This document shows positions 26,938 through 35,981 of a stretch of DNA of 64,000 nucleotides, piece after piece. The DNA comes from an uncultured Saprospiraceae bacterium (GTDB lineage: Bacteria > Bacteroidota > Bacteroidia > Chitinophagales > Saprospiraceae). The notes beneath the pieces were generated by a model. It was not told the origin of the DNA. It made no database searches and saw only the letters and a list, made by a program, of their open reading frames with translations. Where the stretch lies: NCBI GenBank assembly GCA_937974625.1, contig CALJVJ010000113.1:2854-66853 (forward strand), given 5' to 3'. The position numbers were made by a program, and so were the translations under genes. Positions within the stretch are counted from its first letter, which is position 1. Each line of letters begins with the position of its first letter.

Positions 26938-28407
26938 ATGGCAGACCCAAAAGGATTTTTAAGCGTGACCAGAGAATTGCCTGGCAAAAGAGATGCAAAG
27001 AATAGAACAGAGGATTATCAAGAGCTATATGTAGAATTTTCTGAAGAAAAAACTATCAAACAAGCTTCTCGTTGTATGGATTGTGGCATTCCGTTTTGTC
27101 ATAATGGATGCCCACTAGGTAACATTATTCCAGAATTCAACGATGCTGTCTATGAAGAAGATTGGACCACAGCTTATGATATTTTAAGTAGTACTAATAA
27201 TTTTCCAGAATTCACAGGAAGAATCTGTCCAGCGCCTTGTGAAGCAGCATGTGTATTAGGTATTAATCAACCACCTGTTGCGATTGAGCACATAGAAAAG
27301 TCAATAGCAGAAACAGCTTTTGAAAAAGGATTAATTCGGCCTAAACCACCAACTACTCGAACAGGAAAAAAAATAGCTGTAGTCGGTTCTGGCCCAGCTG
27401 GATTGGCAACTGCTGCCCAATTAAATAAAGCAGGACATTTGGTAACTGTTTACGAGAGAAACACAAGAATTGGAGGTTTATTGCGCTATGGTATTCCTGA
27501 TTTCAAGTTAGAAAAGTGGGTAGTCGAACGAAGAGTTGCTTTAATGGAAGCGGAGGGCATCAATTTCAAGGTCAATGCAAATGTCGGAGAAAATGTAGAT
27601 GCTAAAAAATTAGTGCAAGACTTTGATGCAGTCGTCTTAACTGGTGGCTCAACTGTTCCTAGAAATTTACCAATCAAGGGTCGAGAATTGAATGGTGTTC
27701 ATTATGCCATGGATTTCTTAGACCAAAATAATAAACGAGTTGCAGGAGATAGAATTGCTAAAGAGCAAGAGATTCTAGCAACTGGTAAAAATGTATTGGT
27801 CATTGGTGGAGGAGATACTGGTTCTGATTGTGTGGGAACTTCTAACAGACATAAAGCAAAATCAGTCACTCAAATTGAGCTTTTGGCTAAGCCACCAGAA
27901 AGCCGTGCAGAAGAGACGCCTTGGCCGCTTTGGCCGATGATGCTACGTACCTCTACCTCGCATGAAGAAGGATGTGAACGAAAATGGGCTATTTTAACTG
28001 AAGAATTCATTGGAGATGGTAAAGGTAATTTAAAGGCAGTAAAATTAGTCAACATAGAGTGGAAAAAAGATGAAGCTACTGGTAGAAATAGTTTTGTCAA
28101 AATGGAAGGTTCGGAAAGAGAAATACCATGTGAATTAGCACTTTTAGCAATAGGTTTCGTTCATCCCCAACATGAAGGAATGCTAAAACAATTGGATGTC
28201 GAGCTGACAGAAAGAGGAAATGTAAAAGACAATAAATACCAAACTAATTTAGAAAATGTTTTTGTAGCAGGTGATATGCGAAGAGGTCAATCCTTAGTTG
28301 TTTGGGCCATTTCGGAAGGAAGAGAAGCTGCAAAAGCAGTAGATGAATATTTGATGGGCGAAAGCATGTTAGAAGGAAAAGACGATAGTAAATTGATGCT
28401 GGCTTAA
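26938..28407 (+). CDS. gltD: Glutamate synthase small subunit (NADPH)
   Basis: Fe-S cysteine clusters (CMDCGIPFCHNGCPLGN, RICPAPCEAAC), the FAD/NAD dinucleotide motifs VAVVGSGPAGL and VLVIGGGDTGSDC, and its position directly after gltB. Confidence 0.95.
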   Translation: MADPKGFLSVTRELPGKRDAKNRTEDYQELYVEFSEEKTIKQASRCMDCGIPFCHNGCPLGNIIPEFNDAVYEEDWTTAYDILSSTNNFPEFTGRICPAPCEAACVLGINQPPVAIEHIEKSIAETAFEKGLIRPKPPTTRTGKKIAVVGSGPAGLATAAQLNKAGHLVTVYERNTRIGGLLRYGIPDFKLEKWVVERRVALMEAEGINFKVNANVGENVDAKKLVQDFDAVVLTGGSTVPRNLPIKGRELNGVHYAMDFLDQNNKRVAGDRIAKEQEILATGKNVLVIGGGDTGSDCVGTSNRHKAKSVTQIELLAKPPESRAEETPWPLWPMMLRTSTSHEEGCERKWAILTEEFIGDGKGNLKAVKLVNIEWKKDEATGRNSFVKMEGSEREIPCELALLAIGFVHPQHEGMLKQLDVELTERGNVKDNKYQTNLENVFVAGDMRRGQSLVVWAISEGREAAKAVDEYLMGESMLEGKDDSKLMLA

Positions 28408-28441
28408 GAACAGTTTTTAAGATATATGCTCGAAAATAGTT

Positions 28442-28473
28442 GAAATGCTTTCAGTAGTCACTGAAAGCATTTC
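28442..28473 (+). terminator. Perfect 14-bp hairpin after gltD
   Basis: GAAATGCTTTCAGT (28442-28455) is the exact reverse complement of ACTGAAAGCATTTC (28460-28473), with a 4-nt loop. There is no clear T-run afterwards. Confidence 0.55.
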
Positions 28474-28785
28474 CTAATTCTAGCACCTAGAATCATGCAT
28501 TTCACCTACTAAATTGGATAAATTTATCTTTTTTTTTAAAATTTACATAAATCTGGAACTTAATCTTTAAAATCGTGGTTGTCATTTATATAGAAAGCTA
28601 AAGTTAGTTTTCGATTCACTTGAAATAATTTTAATAGAACATTAATACAAGATTTCCAAGGAAAATCGCAAAAAAATGTTAAATTTGCGCATCTTATTTT
28701 AAAGTAAATTGGAATAGGTAATTAAGGGTCTTGTTTACTATTAGTTTTTTTAATAGTGGATTATTTTTTAAACTTAAAATGAAAT

Positions 28786-29244
28786 ATGGCTAAATCACAA
28801 CAATCGTTTAACAAGAAGGAAAAAGAAAAGAAGCGTTTAAAGAAGAAAAAAGAAAAATTAGAAAGACGCGAACAACGCAAACTTGAAAAAACAGAAAGAG
28901 GAAAAGTAGCATTCGAAGACATGATAGCCTACGTGGATGAAAACGGTAATCTAAGTGATACGCCACCAGACCCATCTAAGAAAAGAGAAATTAAAGCAGA
29001 AGACATATTATTAGGTGCAACACCGATTGACCGATCCGCAGAAATGGGAGAAAGAAGAGGTAAAATCAACTTTTTCAATGAAGAAAAAGGATATGGTTTC
29101 ATTACGGATTCTAAGAGTCATGATAGTATTTTTGTACATATTAATCAGATTGAGGAGCCAGTTAGACAAGGAATTAAAGTTACCTTTGAAATTGAAATGG
29201 GACCTAAAGGTCCAAACGCAGTAAATGTAAAAATTGCACGATAA
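28786..29244 (+). CDS. Cold-shock domain protein with a Lys/Glu-rich N-terminal extension
   Basis: The C-terminal GKINFFNEEKGYGFITD...IFVHINQI contains the RNP1/RNP2-like CSD motifs. The N-terminal 40 aa are KEKEKKRLKKKKEK low-complexity sequence. Confidence 0.85.
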   Translation: MAKSQQSFNKKEKEKKRLKKKKEKLERREQRKLEKTERGKVAFEDMIAYVDENGNLSDTPPDPSKKREIKAEDILLGATPIDRSAEMGERRGKINFFNEEKGYGFITDSKSHDSIFVHINQIEEPVRQGIKVTFEIEMGPKGPNAVNVKIAR

Positions 29245-29270
29245 GCCTAATTTTTAGTTTATAAAATAAA

Positions 29271-29305
29271 AAAGGCACTTCTTACTAATAGGAAGTGCCT
29301 TTTTT
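29271..29305 (+). terminator. Rho-independent terminator
   Basis: GGCACTTC (29274-29281) pairs with GAAGTGCC (29292-29299). It is flanked by an A-run and a T-run (29300-29305). Confidence 0.75.
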
Positions 29306-29393
29306 AGTTTACCTCCTATCCTTTTATTACCTTCCCCTATTATTAGAATTAGTTACTTTTCCTTAATATTGAGCAAAACTACACTTTTCAATA

Positions 29394-30665
29394 ATGAAAA
29401 AAATAACAGTAGTGGAGTTGTTTGCTGGTGTTGGAGGCTTTAGATTAGGTTTAGAAGGATGGCAAGGTAAATCAGCGACCACTAACTATTCCAAAAAATT
29501 ACCTACTCCTTATGAGATAATATGGAGTAATCAATGGGAGCCTTCCACTAAAATGCAACATGCTTCTTTAGTTTACGAAAGTAGATGGGGGAAGGAAATG
29601 CACGTTAATCAAGACATTGCCACTGTAGCAATAAAAGATATTCCTGACCACGATTTATTAGTTGGGGGTTTTCCCTGCCAAGATTATTCAGTAGCGACTA
29701 CTTTAAAAAATTCAAAAGGATTGATTGGCAAAAAAGGAGTTTTGTGGTGGTCCATTCATAGAATTCTTTCAGAAAAGCAAAACAAACCTAATTTTTTACT
29801 CCTTGAAAATGTCGACCGTTTATTAATTTCTCCATCTAGTCAAAGAGGCAGAGACTTTGCCATTATTCTTCAAAGTTTAAATGACTTAGGCTATGCCGTA
29901 GAATGGCGGGTCATAAATGCTGCAGAATATGGTATGCCTCAAAGAAGGCGGCGTGTCTTTATTTTTGCTTATCACCAAAAGACGAAAATTTACAAAAAAC
30001 TATACAAAATAGAACCCGACAAATGGCTTTCTACCGAAGGTACAATTGCACAAGCATTTCCTATTCAGCCTATTAATAGTGAAGCTTTTCAAACATTTAA
30101 TTTAGAAGGGGACATTGTTTATCTTTCAACTAATTTTAATAAAAAAAGCGCAAAAGGTATTTTTGCCAATACTGGGTTAATGGTCAACGGAACCATTACC
30201 ACAGTAAAAACAATCCCTAATTATGATGGCAACTACACCATTTTAGGAGATTTATTACAAAAAAGTGAGGTTCCTTCTACTTTTAACATATCACCCGATG
30301 ATATAGATAGATGGCATTATTTAAAAGGGGCTAAAAATGAATTGCGCAAGAAGGCTAGTGGTTTTGAGTATTTTTATAAAGAAGGAGCTATGATTTTTCC
30401 AGACCCATTAGACAAGGCATCTAGAACTATTATTACAGGGGAAGGAGGTCAATCACCTTCTCGTTTTAAACATGTCATTCGTACTAAAAAAGGCTTACGC
30501 AGACTTACGCCAATAGAACTGGAACGACTGAATATGTTTCCAGATAATCATACTTTAATGAAAAAGGTTAGCGATACAAAACGTGCTTTTTTTATGGGAA
30601 ATGCTTTGGTAGTAGGTGTGGTTGAAAAGTTGGGAATTGCCTTAAAAAAGAAGCTTCAAAAATAA
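29394..30665 (+). CDS. DNA (cytosine-5)-methyltransferase, solitary
   Basis: Motif I FAGVGGF, motif IV GGFPCQDYS, motif VI LLLENVDRL, motif VIII QRRRRVFIF, LTPIELERLNMFPDNHT, and motif X GNALVVGVV. There is a variable (TRD) region of about 150 aa between motifs VIII and IX. Confidence 0.9.
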   Translation: MKKITVVELFAGVGGFRLGLEGWQGKSATTNYSKKLPTPYEIIWSNQWEPSTKMQHASLVYESRWGKEMHVNQDIATVAIKDIPDHDLLVGGFPCQDYSVATTLKNSKGLIGKKGVLWWSIHRILSEKQNKPNFLLLENVDRLLISPSSQRGRDFAIILQSLNDLGYAVEWRVINAAEYGMPQRRRRVFIFAYHQKTKIYKKLYKIEPDKWLSTEGTIAQAFPIQPINSEAFQTFNLEGDIVYLSTNFNKKSAKGIFANTGLMVNGTITTVKTIPNYDGNYTILGDLLQKSEVPSTFNISPDDIDRWHYLKGAKNELRKKASGFEYFYKEGAMIFPDPLDKASRTIITGEGGQSPSRFKHVIRTKKGLRRLTPIELERLNMFPDNHTLMKKVSDTKRAFFMGNALVVGVVEKLGIALKKKLQK

Positions 30666-30667
30666 AT

Positions 30668-30710
30668 TTAAGCCCAAATCCAAAACAATAAATTTTGAAC
30701 TTGGGCTTAA
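30668..30710. terminator. Shared hairpin between convergent methyltransferase and pyrG genes
   Basis: TTAAGCCCAA (30668-30677) pairs with TTGGGCTTAA (30701-30710), with a 23-nt loop. Confidence 0.5.
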
Positions 30711-30730
30711 GCTCTTGAACCTAAACGGTA

Positions 30731-32341
30731 TTACTTTTTATTTGACATACAAGCCTTTACAAACGCCACAAATAGTGGATGCGGGTTCTCCACTGTACTC
30801 TTCAATTCTGGATGATATTGCACCCCTACAAACCAAGGATGCCCTTTCAACTCTACCACTTCTACCAAACCCGTTTCTGGATTGATGCCAGAAGGAATTA
30901 AGCCAGCTTTTTCAATTTGCTTGAGGTAGGCATTATTAAATTCATACCGATGACGATGCCGTTCTTCTATATTTTGGCTTTTATAGGCTTTAGCTGCCTT
31001 AGAATTTGGTCTAAGTTTACAATCATAAGCCCCTAATCGCATAGTTCCCCCTTTCTTGGTAATTTTCTTTTGCTCCGGCATCAAATCTATCACTGGATTT
31101 TTAGCATCTGGTTGAACTTCCGTAGAGGAAGCATCTTTAATACCAACCACATTTCTAACAAACTCAACAACTGCACATTGCATCCCTAAACAAATACCAA
31201 AAAATGGAATGTTGTTTTCTCTGATGTATTTAATCGCATGAATTTTCCCTTCAATGCCTCTTTCTCCAAAACCTGGTGCAACTAATACGCCATCTAAATG
31301 CTTTAAACGCTTAACCACACTTTTATAATCTCCCTCCAATTGCTCTGAATGAACAGGGTCAATGATTACATTGCATTCATTGACAGCACCTGCATGAATA
31401 AAAGATTCGTAAATAGATTTATAAGCATCTTGCAACTCATTATATTTACCAACCAAACCAATATGGACTTCATCCGATGGATTCTTTAATTTGCCCAAAA
31501 AATTCTTCCATATTTTTAAGTTAGGCTCTTTGGTATCTTTTAACCGAAGTTTTGAAATAACATTGGTATCCAATTTTTCCTTCAGCATCAATAAAGGCAC
31601 ATCATAAATGGTCTTCGCATCAATAGATTCAATGACAGAAGACTTTTCGACATTACAAAATAATGCCAATTTTCGTCGAATATCATCATTAATTGGATGC
31701 TCCGTTCGACAAACTAAAATATCTGGCTGAATCCCGTTTTTCAATAATTCCTTGACAGAATGCTGCGTAGGTTTTGTTTTTAATTCCTTAGCTGCCTTAA
31801 GGTAAGGAATGAGGGTTAAATGAATCACTAAACAATTATCATTACCCAAATCCCAACGCATTTGACGCAAAGCCTCTAGATAAGGTAAAGACTCTATATC
31901 CCCAACTGTTCCTCCAAGTTCCGTAATAACAATATCGTATTGATTGGTCTGCCCTAATAATTGTATTCTACGCTTAATTTCATCCGTAATATGAGGAATA
32001 ATTTGTACGGTTTTTCCTAGATACATCCCTTCCCGTTCTTTATTAATAACGGTTTGGTAAATACGTCCTGTTGTGACGTTATTAGCTTGAGAAGTTGGAA
32101 TATTCAGAAATCGTTCATAATGACCTAAATCTAAGTCTGTTTCTGCACCATCATCGGTCACAAAACATTCCCCATGCTCATAAGGGTTGAGTGTTCCAGG
32201 GTCCACATTAATATATGGGTCGAATTTTTGAATAGTAGTATTGAAGCCTCTGGCTTGCAATAATTTGGCAAGAGATGCGGCGATAATTCCTTTTCCTAAA
32301 GATGAGGTAACGCCTCCCGTAACAAAGATGTATTTAGTCAT
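30731..32341 (-). CDS. pyrG: CTP synthase
   Basis: [19 protein letters not shown], the synthetase domain, and the class I glutamine amidotransferase domain (GICLGMQ, HRHRYE). Confidence 0.97.
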   Translation of the reverse strand: MTKYIFVTGGVTSSLGKGIIAASLAKLLQARGFNTTIQKFDPYINVDPGTLNPYEHGECFVTDDGAETDLDLGHYERFLNIPTSQANNVTTGRIYQTVINKEREGMYLGKTVQIIPHITDEIKRRIQLLGQTNQYDIVITELGGTVGDIESLPYLEALRQMRWDLGNDNCLVIHLTLIPYLKAAKELKTKPTQHSVKELLKNGIQPDILVCRTEHPINDDIRRKLALFCNVEKSSVIESIDAKTIYDVPLLMLKEKLDTNVISKLRLKDTKEPNLKIWKNFLGKLKNPSDEVHIGLVGKYNELQDAYKSIYESFIHAGAVNECNVIIDPVHSEQLEGDYKSVVKRLKHLDGVLVAPGFGERGIEGKIHAIKYIRENNIPFFGICLGMQCAVVEFVRNVVGIKDASSTEVQPDAKNPVIDLMPEQKKITKKGGTMRLGAYDCKLRPNSKAAKAYKSQNIEERHRHRYEFNNAYLKQIEKAGLIPSGINPETGLVEVVELKGHPWFVGVQYHPELKSTVENPHPLFVAFVKACMSNKK

Positions 32342-32670
32342 ATTATTTTTTCAAGCTTTATATACGGGATGCAAAGGTAAACTAATTGATAAGAAAGAAG
32401 GTAAGAATTTGAAATTTTTCTTGTAAGATATTGTCAGTAAGTATTTCAACCATTCAAAACCCCAATTAAACTACAATATTTCACGAATGAAAATAAATTA
32501 GGCTTATTTTAGCCAAATTTATTGTTGCTTCGTATTTACATAGAGCATTTACAATAATTGCAGCAATAAAGAGTAGACTAGGTTCCTTATGGCAACCTAT
32601 TGTAAGAACGGTTGTCATTACCTCAAATAAAAGTATTTTAGCAAAGCGAAAAATAAAACTCGTACAATAA

Positions 32671-33423
32671 ATGCAAGAAACGATTATCCAAGCAAAGGAT
32701 TTAAAAAAGAGTTATTTCACAGGCAAAACAGAAGTACCTGTAATCAATACCTTAAATTTAAGTTTATACAAAGGCGATTTCACGGTTATCATGGGGAGTT
32801 CTGGTTCTGGAAAGTCCACCCTACTCTATTTATTAAGTGGATTAGAAAACCCTAGCGGCGGAGAAATATGGTTAGAAGATAAACCCGTACATACCATGGA
32901 CGAAAAACTGATAACCCTTTTGCGTAGAGAGTATATTGGTTTTGTCTTCCAAGATTTTAATTTGGTCCCTAATCTTACCTTTTTAGAAAACATTCTCATT
33001 CCAGCTTATTTAGTCAAAAATGACCGTAAGGCATTAAAAGATAAGGCAATCGCCTTGATGAAAAAAGTCGAAATTCTGGAATTGGCGGACCGACTCCCCT
33101 CAGAAGTTTCTGGTGGACAGCAGCAACGTTGCTCTATGGCAAGAGCGGTAATCAATAACCCTAGGGTTGTTATGGCAGATGAACCAACAGGAAATTTAAA
33201 TTCTAATTCTTCTAATGCGGTTTTAAACATTTTGACAGATTTAAACGAAGAAGGTCAAACCATTGTAATGGTTACGCATGATATAAAGTCTGCCTGTCGA
33301 GGAAACCGAATTATTTTTCTAAAAGATGGACAAATTGAAGATGATTTACGCTTTAAAGAAAATCAATCAATTGAGGATAAAGAAGATAAATTATTAAAAT
33401 GGTTAGCAGAGAAAGATTGGTAA
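32671..33423 (+). CDS. ABC transporter ATP-binding protein (MacB/LolD/FtsE-like)
   Basis: Walker A GSSGSGKST, Q-loop, signature LSGGQQQR -> VSGGQQQRCSMARA, Walker B VVMADEPTG, and H-loop VTHD. Confidence 0.9.
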   Translation: MQETIIQAKDLKKSYFTGKTEVPVINTLNLSLYKGDFTVIMGSSGSGKSTLLYLLSGLENPSGGEIWLEDKPVHTMDEKLITLLRREYIGFVFQDFNLVPNLTFLENILIPAYLVKNDRKALKDKAIALMKKVEILELADRLPSEVSGGQQQRCSMARAVINNPRVVMADEPTGNLNSNSSNAVLNILTDLNEEGQTIVMVTHDIKSACRGNRIIFLKDGQIEDDLRFKENQSIEDKEDKLLKWLAEKDW

Positions 33424-33527
33424 ACTTTTAAATCTAAAATTTAAAAGTCTTGACAATATGGGGTGTACCTGCAAATTAATTATAGCATTCCCATCATTTG
33501 TAGATACTTACAATTTTGACAATATAC

Positions 33528-35888
33528 ATGAAGAGTATTTTATTAATAACGTGGGCAAACATTAAACGAAGAAAAATTCAGACTTTTTTGGTAGGTATGT
33601 GTATTGCCCTTGCAGCCTTGATGTTCTCTACTTTGATGGGTATAGGTTTAGGAATGAATCAGCCGTTTGAAAATTTATATAATCGACTGAATGCTTCCCA
33701 TATTTGGATGACCTTTGACATCAACGAGCACGACCCTAAAAAGATAACTGCCTGGTTTGAAAAACAACCGGAAGTCGAAAGTGTAAGCATCCCTAATCTT
33801 GTAAGAACGCATTGGAAAAAGCCTATATTCAAAGGAGAAGAAATCTTAAATCATGCACAATTCAGAGAACATCCTGGTAATAATTTAAATCAAGATAAAC
33901 TCCACATCTTAGAAGGAGGCAAAGGTGAATACCCCAATCCTGGAGAGATTTGGATACCGAATAATTGGAAATCAAAAAACAATATTAATATTGGAGACAC
34001 GCTACAAATCCCTCTTCAAAATGGGTTGTTCCCACTAGTTGTTTCTGGCATTGTTATCAACGCACAAAATTCAAATGGATTATCAAATCCAGTTCCTGCT
34101 TGGGTTGGTCCTGGAACGCTTCCCATGCTTTTTCCAATAAGTGAATTATCCAATGTATCCTTGGGGATTAGGTTGAAAAATTCCGAGGTAACAGAGGAGG
34201 TTTGGGCTAGATTTCACAAAGAATATAACTATCGAGGATTTGGTACCTTATACGGCTTGTACAAAAAAATATTCCAAATCATTTATCAAATAACGGGTGG
34301 ATTATTATTAGTATTTGCCATTTTTGGTATCATCGTTACCATGATAATTACTTCCTCAGTGGTAAATAGTGCTATCAAAACCGATTATAAAATGATTGGG
34401 ATGTTGAAAGCCCAAGGATTTACGAATCGAAATATTATTACGGGGTATTTAATCCAATTTTTTGTTATCACTTGTGTAGCCGTACCCATTGGCTTATTTG
34501 CTGGCTACTTCACTACCCAACTAGTTTTCAAAGACTTAATTGCCGCCATTGGAGCGGTGAATTTTGATATATCTTGGTTGGTCCCAGCCATAGCCACTTT
34601 CTTTGCTTTTCTAATTGGCGTTTTATTAATTACCTATAGAACAGCAAGCCAAGCAGGAAAAATTCAACCCGTAACGGCAATACGATTTGGAGGGCCACCA
34701 CAACGCTCTTTTGCAGGGTCAAAATTTAGCCTATTTACCTTGGGTGCTAACTCTAAGTTGCCAATTTTCTTGGGACTTAGAATGTTGATGTCTAATAAAA
34801 AACGAGCCTTTCTCCTTTTTATAGGCTTGTTATTCGTTGTTTTTGTGCAAGTATTATATACTAATGTCGACAACTCAGTCTTAAACTTGGATGATAACAG
34901 ACCTTCTTGGGGGTATCCTAATACCGACCTTTTCATCAATTCTTCCGCGGGTTTAGCAGAGAATGAAGAAGATATTTTTAGAGATTATTTAGCAGAAGAT
35001 GACCGAGTAAAAGAAGTGGTCAAAATGGGGATATATGTTGCAAATTTACCAGCACAAGAAGGTAAAGCTCCACAAACTTTTGTTGGATTTATATACGATG
35101 ATGAATTAGAAAAACTCGATTTAATCAACTTAGAAGGACGTCATCCTGTCTTCGAAACAGAGGTTTCGATTGGTATCAATAGTGCCAAAGAGTTAAATAA
35201 AACAATCGGTGATTCGATTGAAATATTTATGGAAGGACAATTAGTGAGCTACAGCATTACAGGTATATACCAAAATCTTAGTAATCTAAGCGAAGGATTT
35301 AAGATGCGTATTGAAGGAGTTCAAGAATTAAACCCACTTTATGAATTAAATCGCTATAATGTCATTTTACACGATGAAGAAAACCCTGCAGCTTATAAAG
35401 AAGAATTATTAGAAATTTATGGTTCAACTTATGATGTCCGCATTGATTCTGAATCTCAAGGACAATTAAAAAATATTATTGCTGGCATCAAAAGTGTTTT
35501 CTTGTTGGTGTCTTTGTTATTTCTTGGGGTATTATTTTTGACCGTTTTTAATGATACCGTCCTAAGTATTCGAGAGAATCAAAAGAATATGGGGATTTTA
35601 AAAGCAGTAGGTTTGACGCCACTACAGCTGCAACTTTCTTTGATTCTCAAAGCTGTCTTTACGGCTATTTTAGCGATTATCATTGGCGTACCGCTATCCT
35701 TACAGATAATTCCATCTGCTATGGATACTTTAACAAGTGAAGTTGGATTATCCAAATTCCCATATGTTTTTGATTTGAATAAAACCTTATTGGTTATTCC
35801 ATTGATAATGACAATTACGATTGGTAGTGTTTGGATAGCATCTAGGCGTTTGCTAAAGATTCGACCACGAATACTAGTCAGAGAGTAA
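33528..35888 (+). CDS. ABC transporter permease with two FtsX-type modules (MacB-like)
   Basis: ORF 33516..35888; I prefer the ATG at 33528 (MKSILLITWANIKRRK). The layout is TM1, a large extracytoplasmic domain and 3 TM, repeated twice. This is typical of fused FtsX/MacB-type permeases. Confidence 0.8.
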   Translation: MKSILLITWANIKRRKIQTFLVGMCIALAALMFSTLMGIGLGMNQPFENLYNRLNASHIWMTFDINEHDPKKITAWFEKQPEVESVSIPNLVRTHWKKPIFKGEEILNHAQFREHPGNNLNQDKLHILEGGKGEYPNPGEIWIPNNWKSKNNINIGDTLQIPLQNGLFPLVVSGIVINAQNSNGLSNPVPAWVGPGTLPMLFPISELSNVSLGIRLKNSEVTEEVWARFHKEYNYRGFGTLYGLYKKIFQIIYQITGGLLLVFAIFGIIVTMIITSSVVNSAIKTDYKMIGMLKAQGFTNRNIITGYLIQFFVITCVAVPIGLFAGYFTTQLVFKDLIAAIGAVNFDISWLVPAIATFFAFLIGVLLITYRTASQAGKIQPVTAIRFGGPPQRSFAGSKFSLFTLGANSKLPIFLGLRMLMSNKKRAFLLFIGLLFVVFVQVLYTNVDNSVLNLDDNRPSWGYPNTDLFINSSAGLAENEEDIFRDYLAEDDRVKEVVKMGIYVANLPAQEGKAPQTFVGFIYDDELEKLDLINLEGRHPVFETEVSIGINSAKELNKTIGDSIEIFMEGQLVSYSITGIYQNLSNLSEGFKMRIEGVQELNPLYELNRYNVILHDEENPAAYKEELLEIYGSTYDVRIDSESQGQLKNIIAGIKSVFLLVSLLFLGVLFLTVFNDTVLSIRENQKNMGILKAVGLTPLQLQLSLILKAVFTAILAIIIGVPLSLQIIPSAMDTLTSEVGLSKFPYVFDLNKTLLVIPLIMTITIGSVWIASRRLLKIRPRILVRE

Positions 35889-35889
35889 C

Positions 35890-35906
35890 GCGGATTGTTA
35901 ATCCGC
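35890..35906 (+). terminator. Short hairpin after the permease gene
   Basis: GCGGATT (35890-35896) pairs with AATCCGC (35900-35906), with a 3-nt loop. The T tract is weak. Confidence 0.35.
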
Positions 35907-35981
35907 TAATTAAGAGCATGTGTTGCTGGATAATTTATTTAAAATTATTAATCGGATAAACCATCCGTCTCAAATATTGTC

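Noticed and set aside
29394-30665. Complete type II restriction-modification system
   Set aside because: Only the methyltransferase is present. The flanking ORFs are a cold-shock protein and CTP synthase, and the spacers are too short to hide an endonuclease.
33450-33525. Direct repeat TTGACAATAT (33450-33459 and 33516-33525) between the ABC genes
   Set aside because: It is only 10 nt, AT-rich and a single pair. It is compatible with chance, and the sigma70-like TTGACA is not the expected promoter type for this lineage.
32671-35888. BceAB-type antimicrobial-peptide sensing/detox module or RiPP export system
   Set aside because: No two-component system, precursor peptide or modification enzyme is adjacent. 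A 35-codon ORF at 33458 overlaps the permease start and looks spurious.
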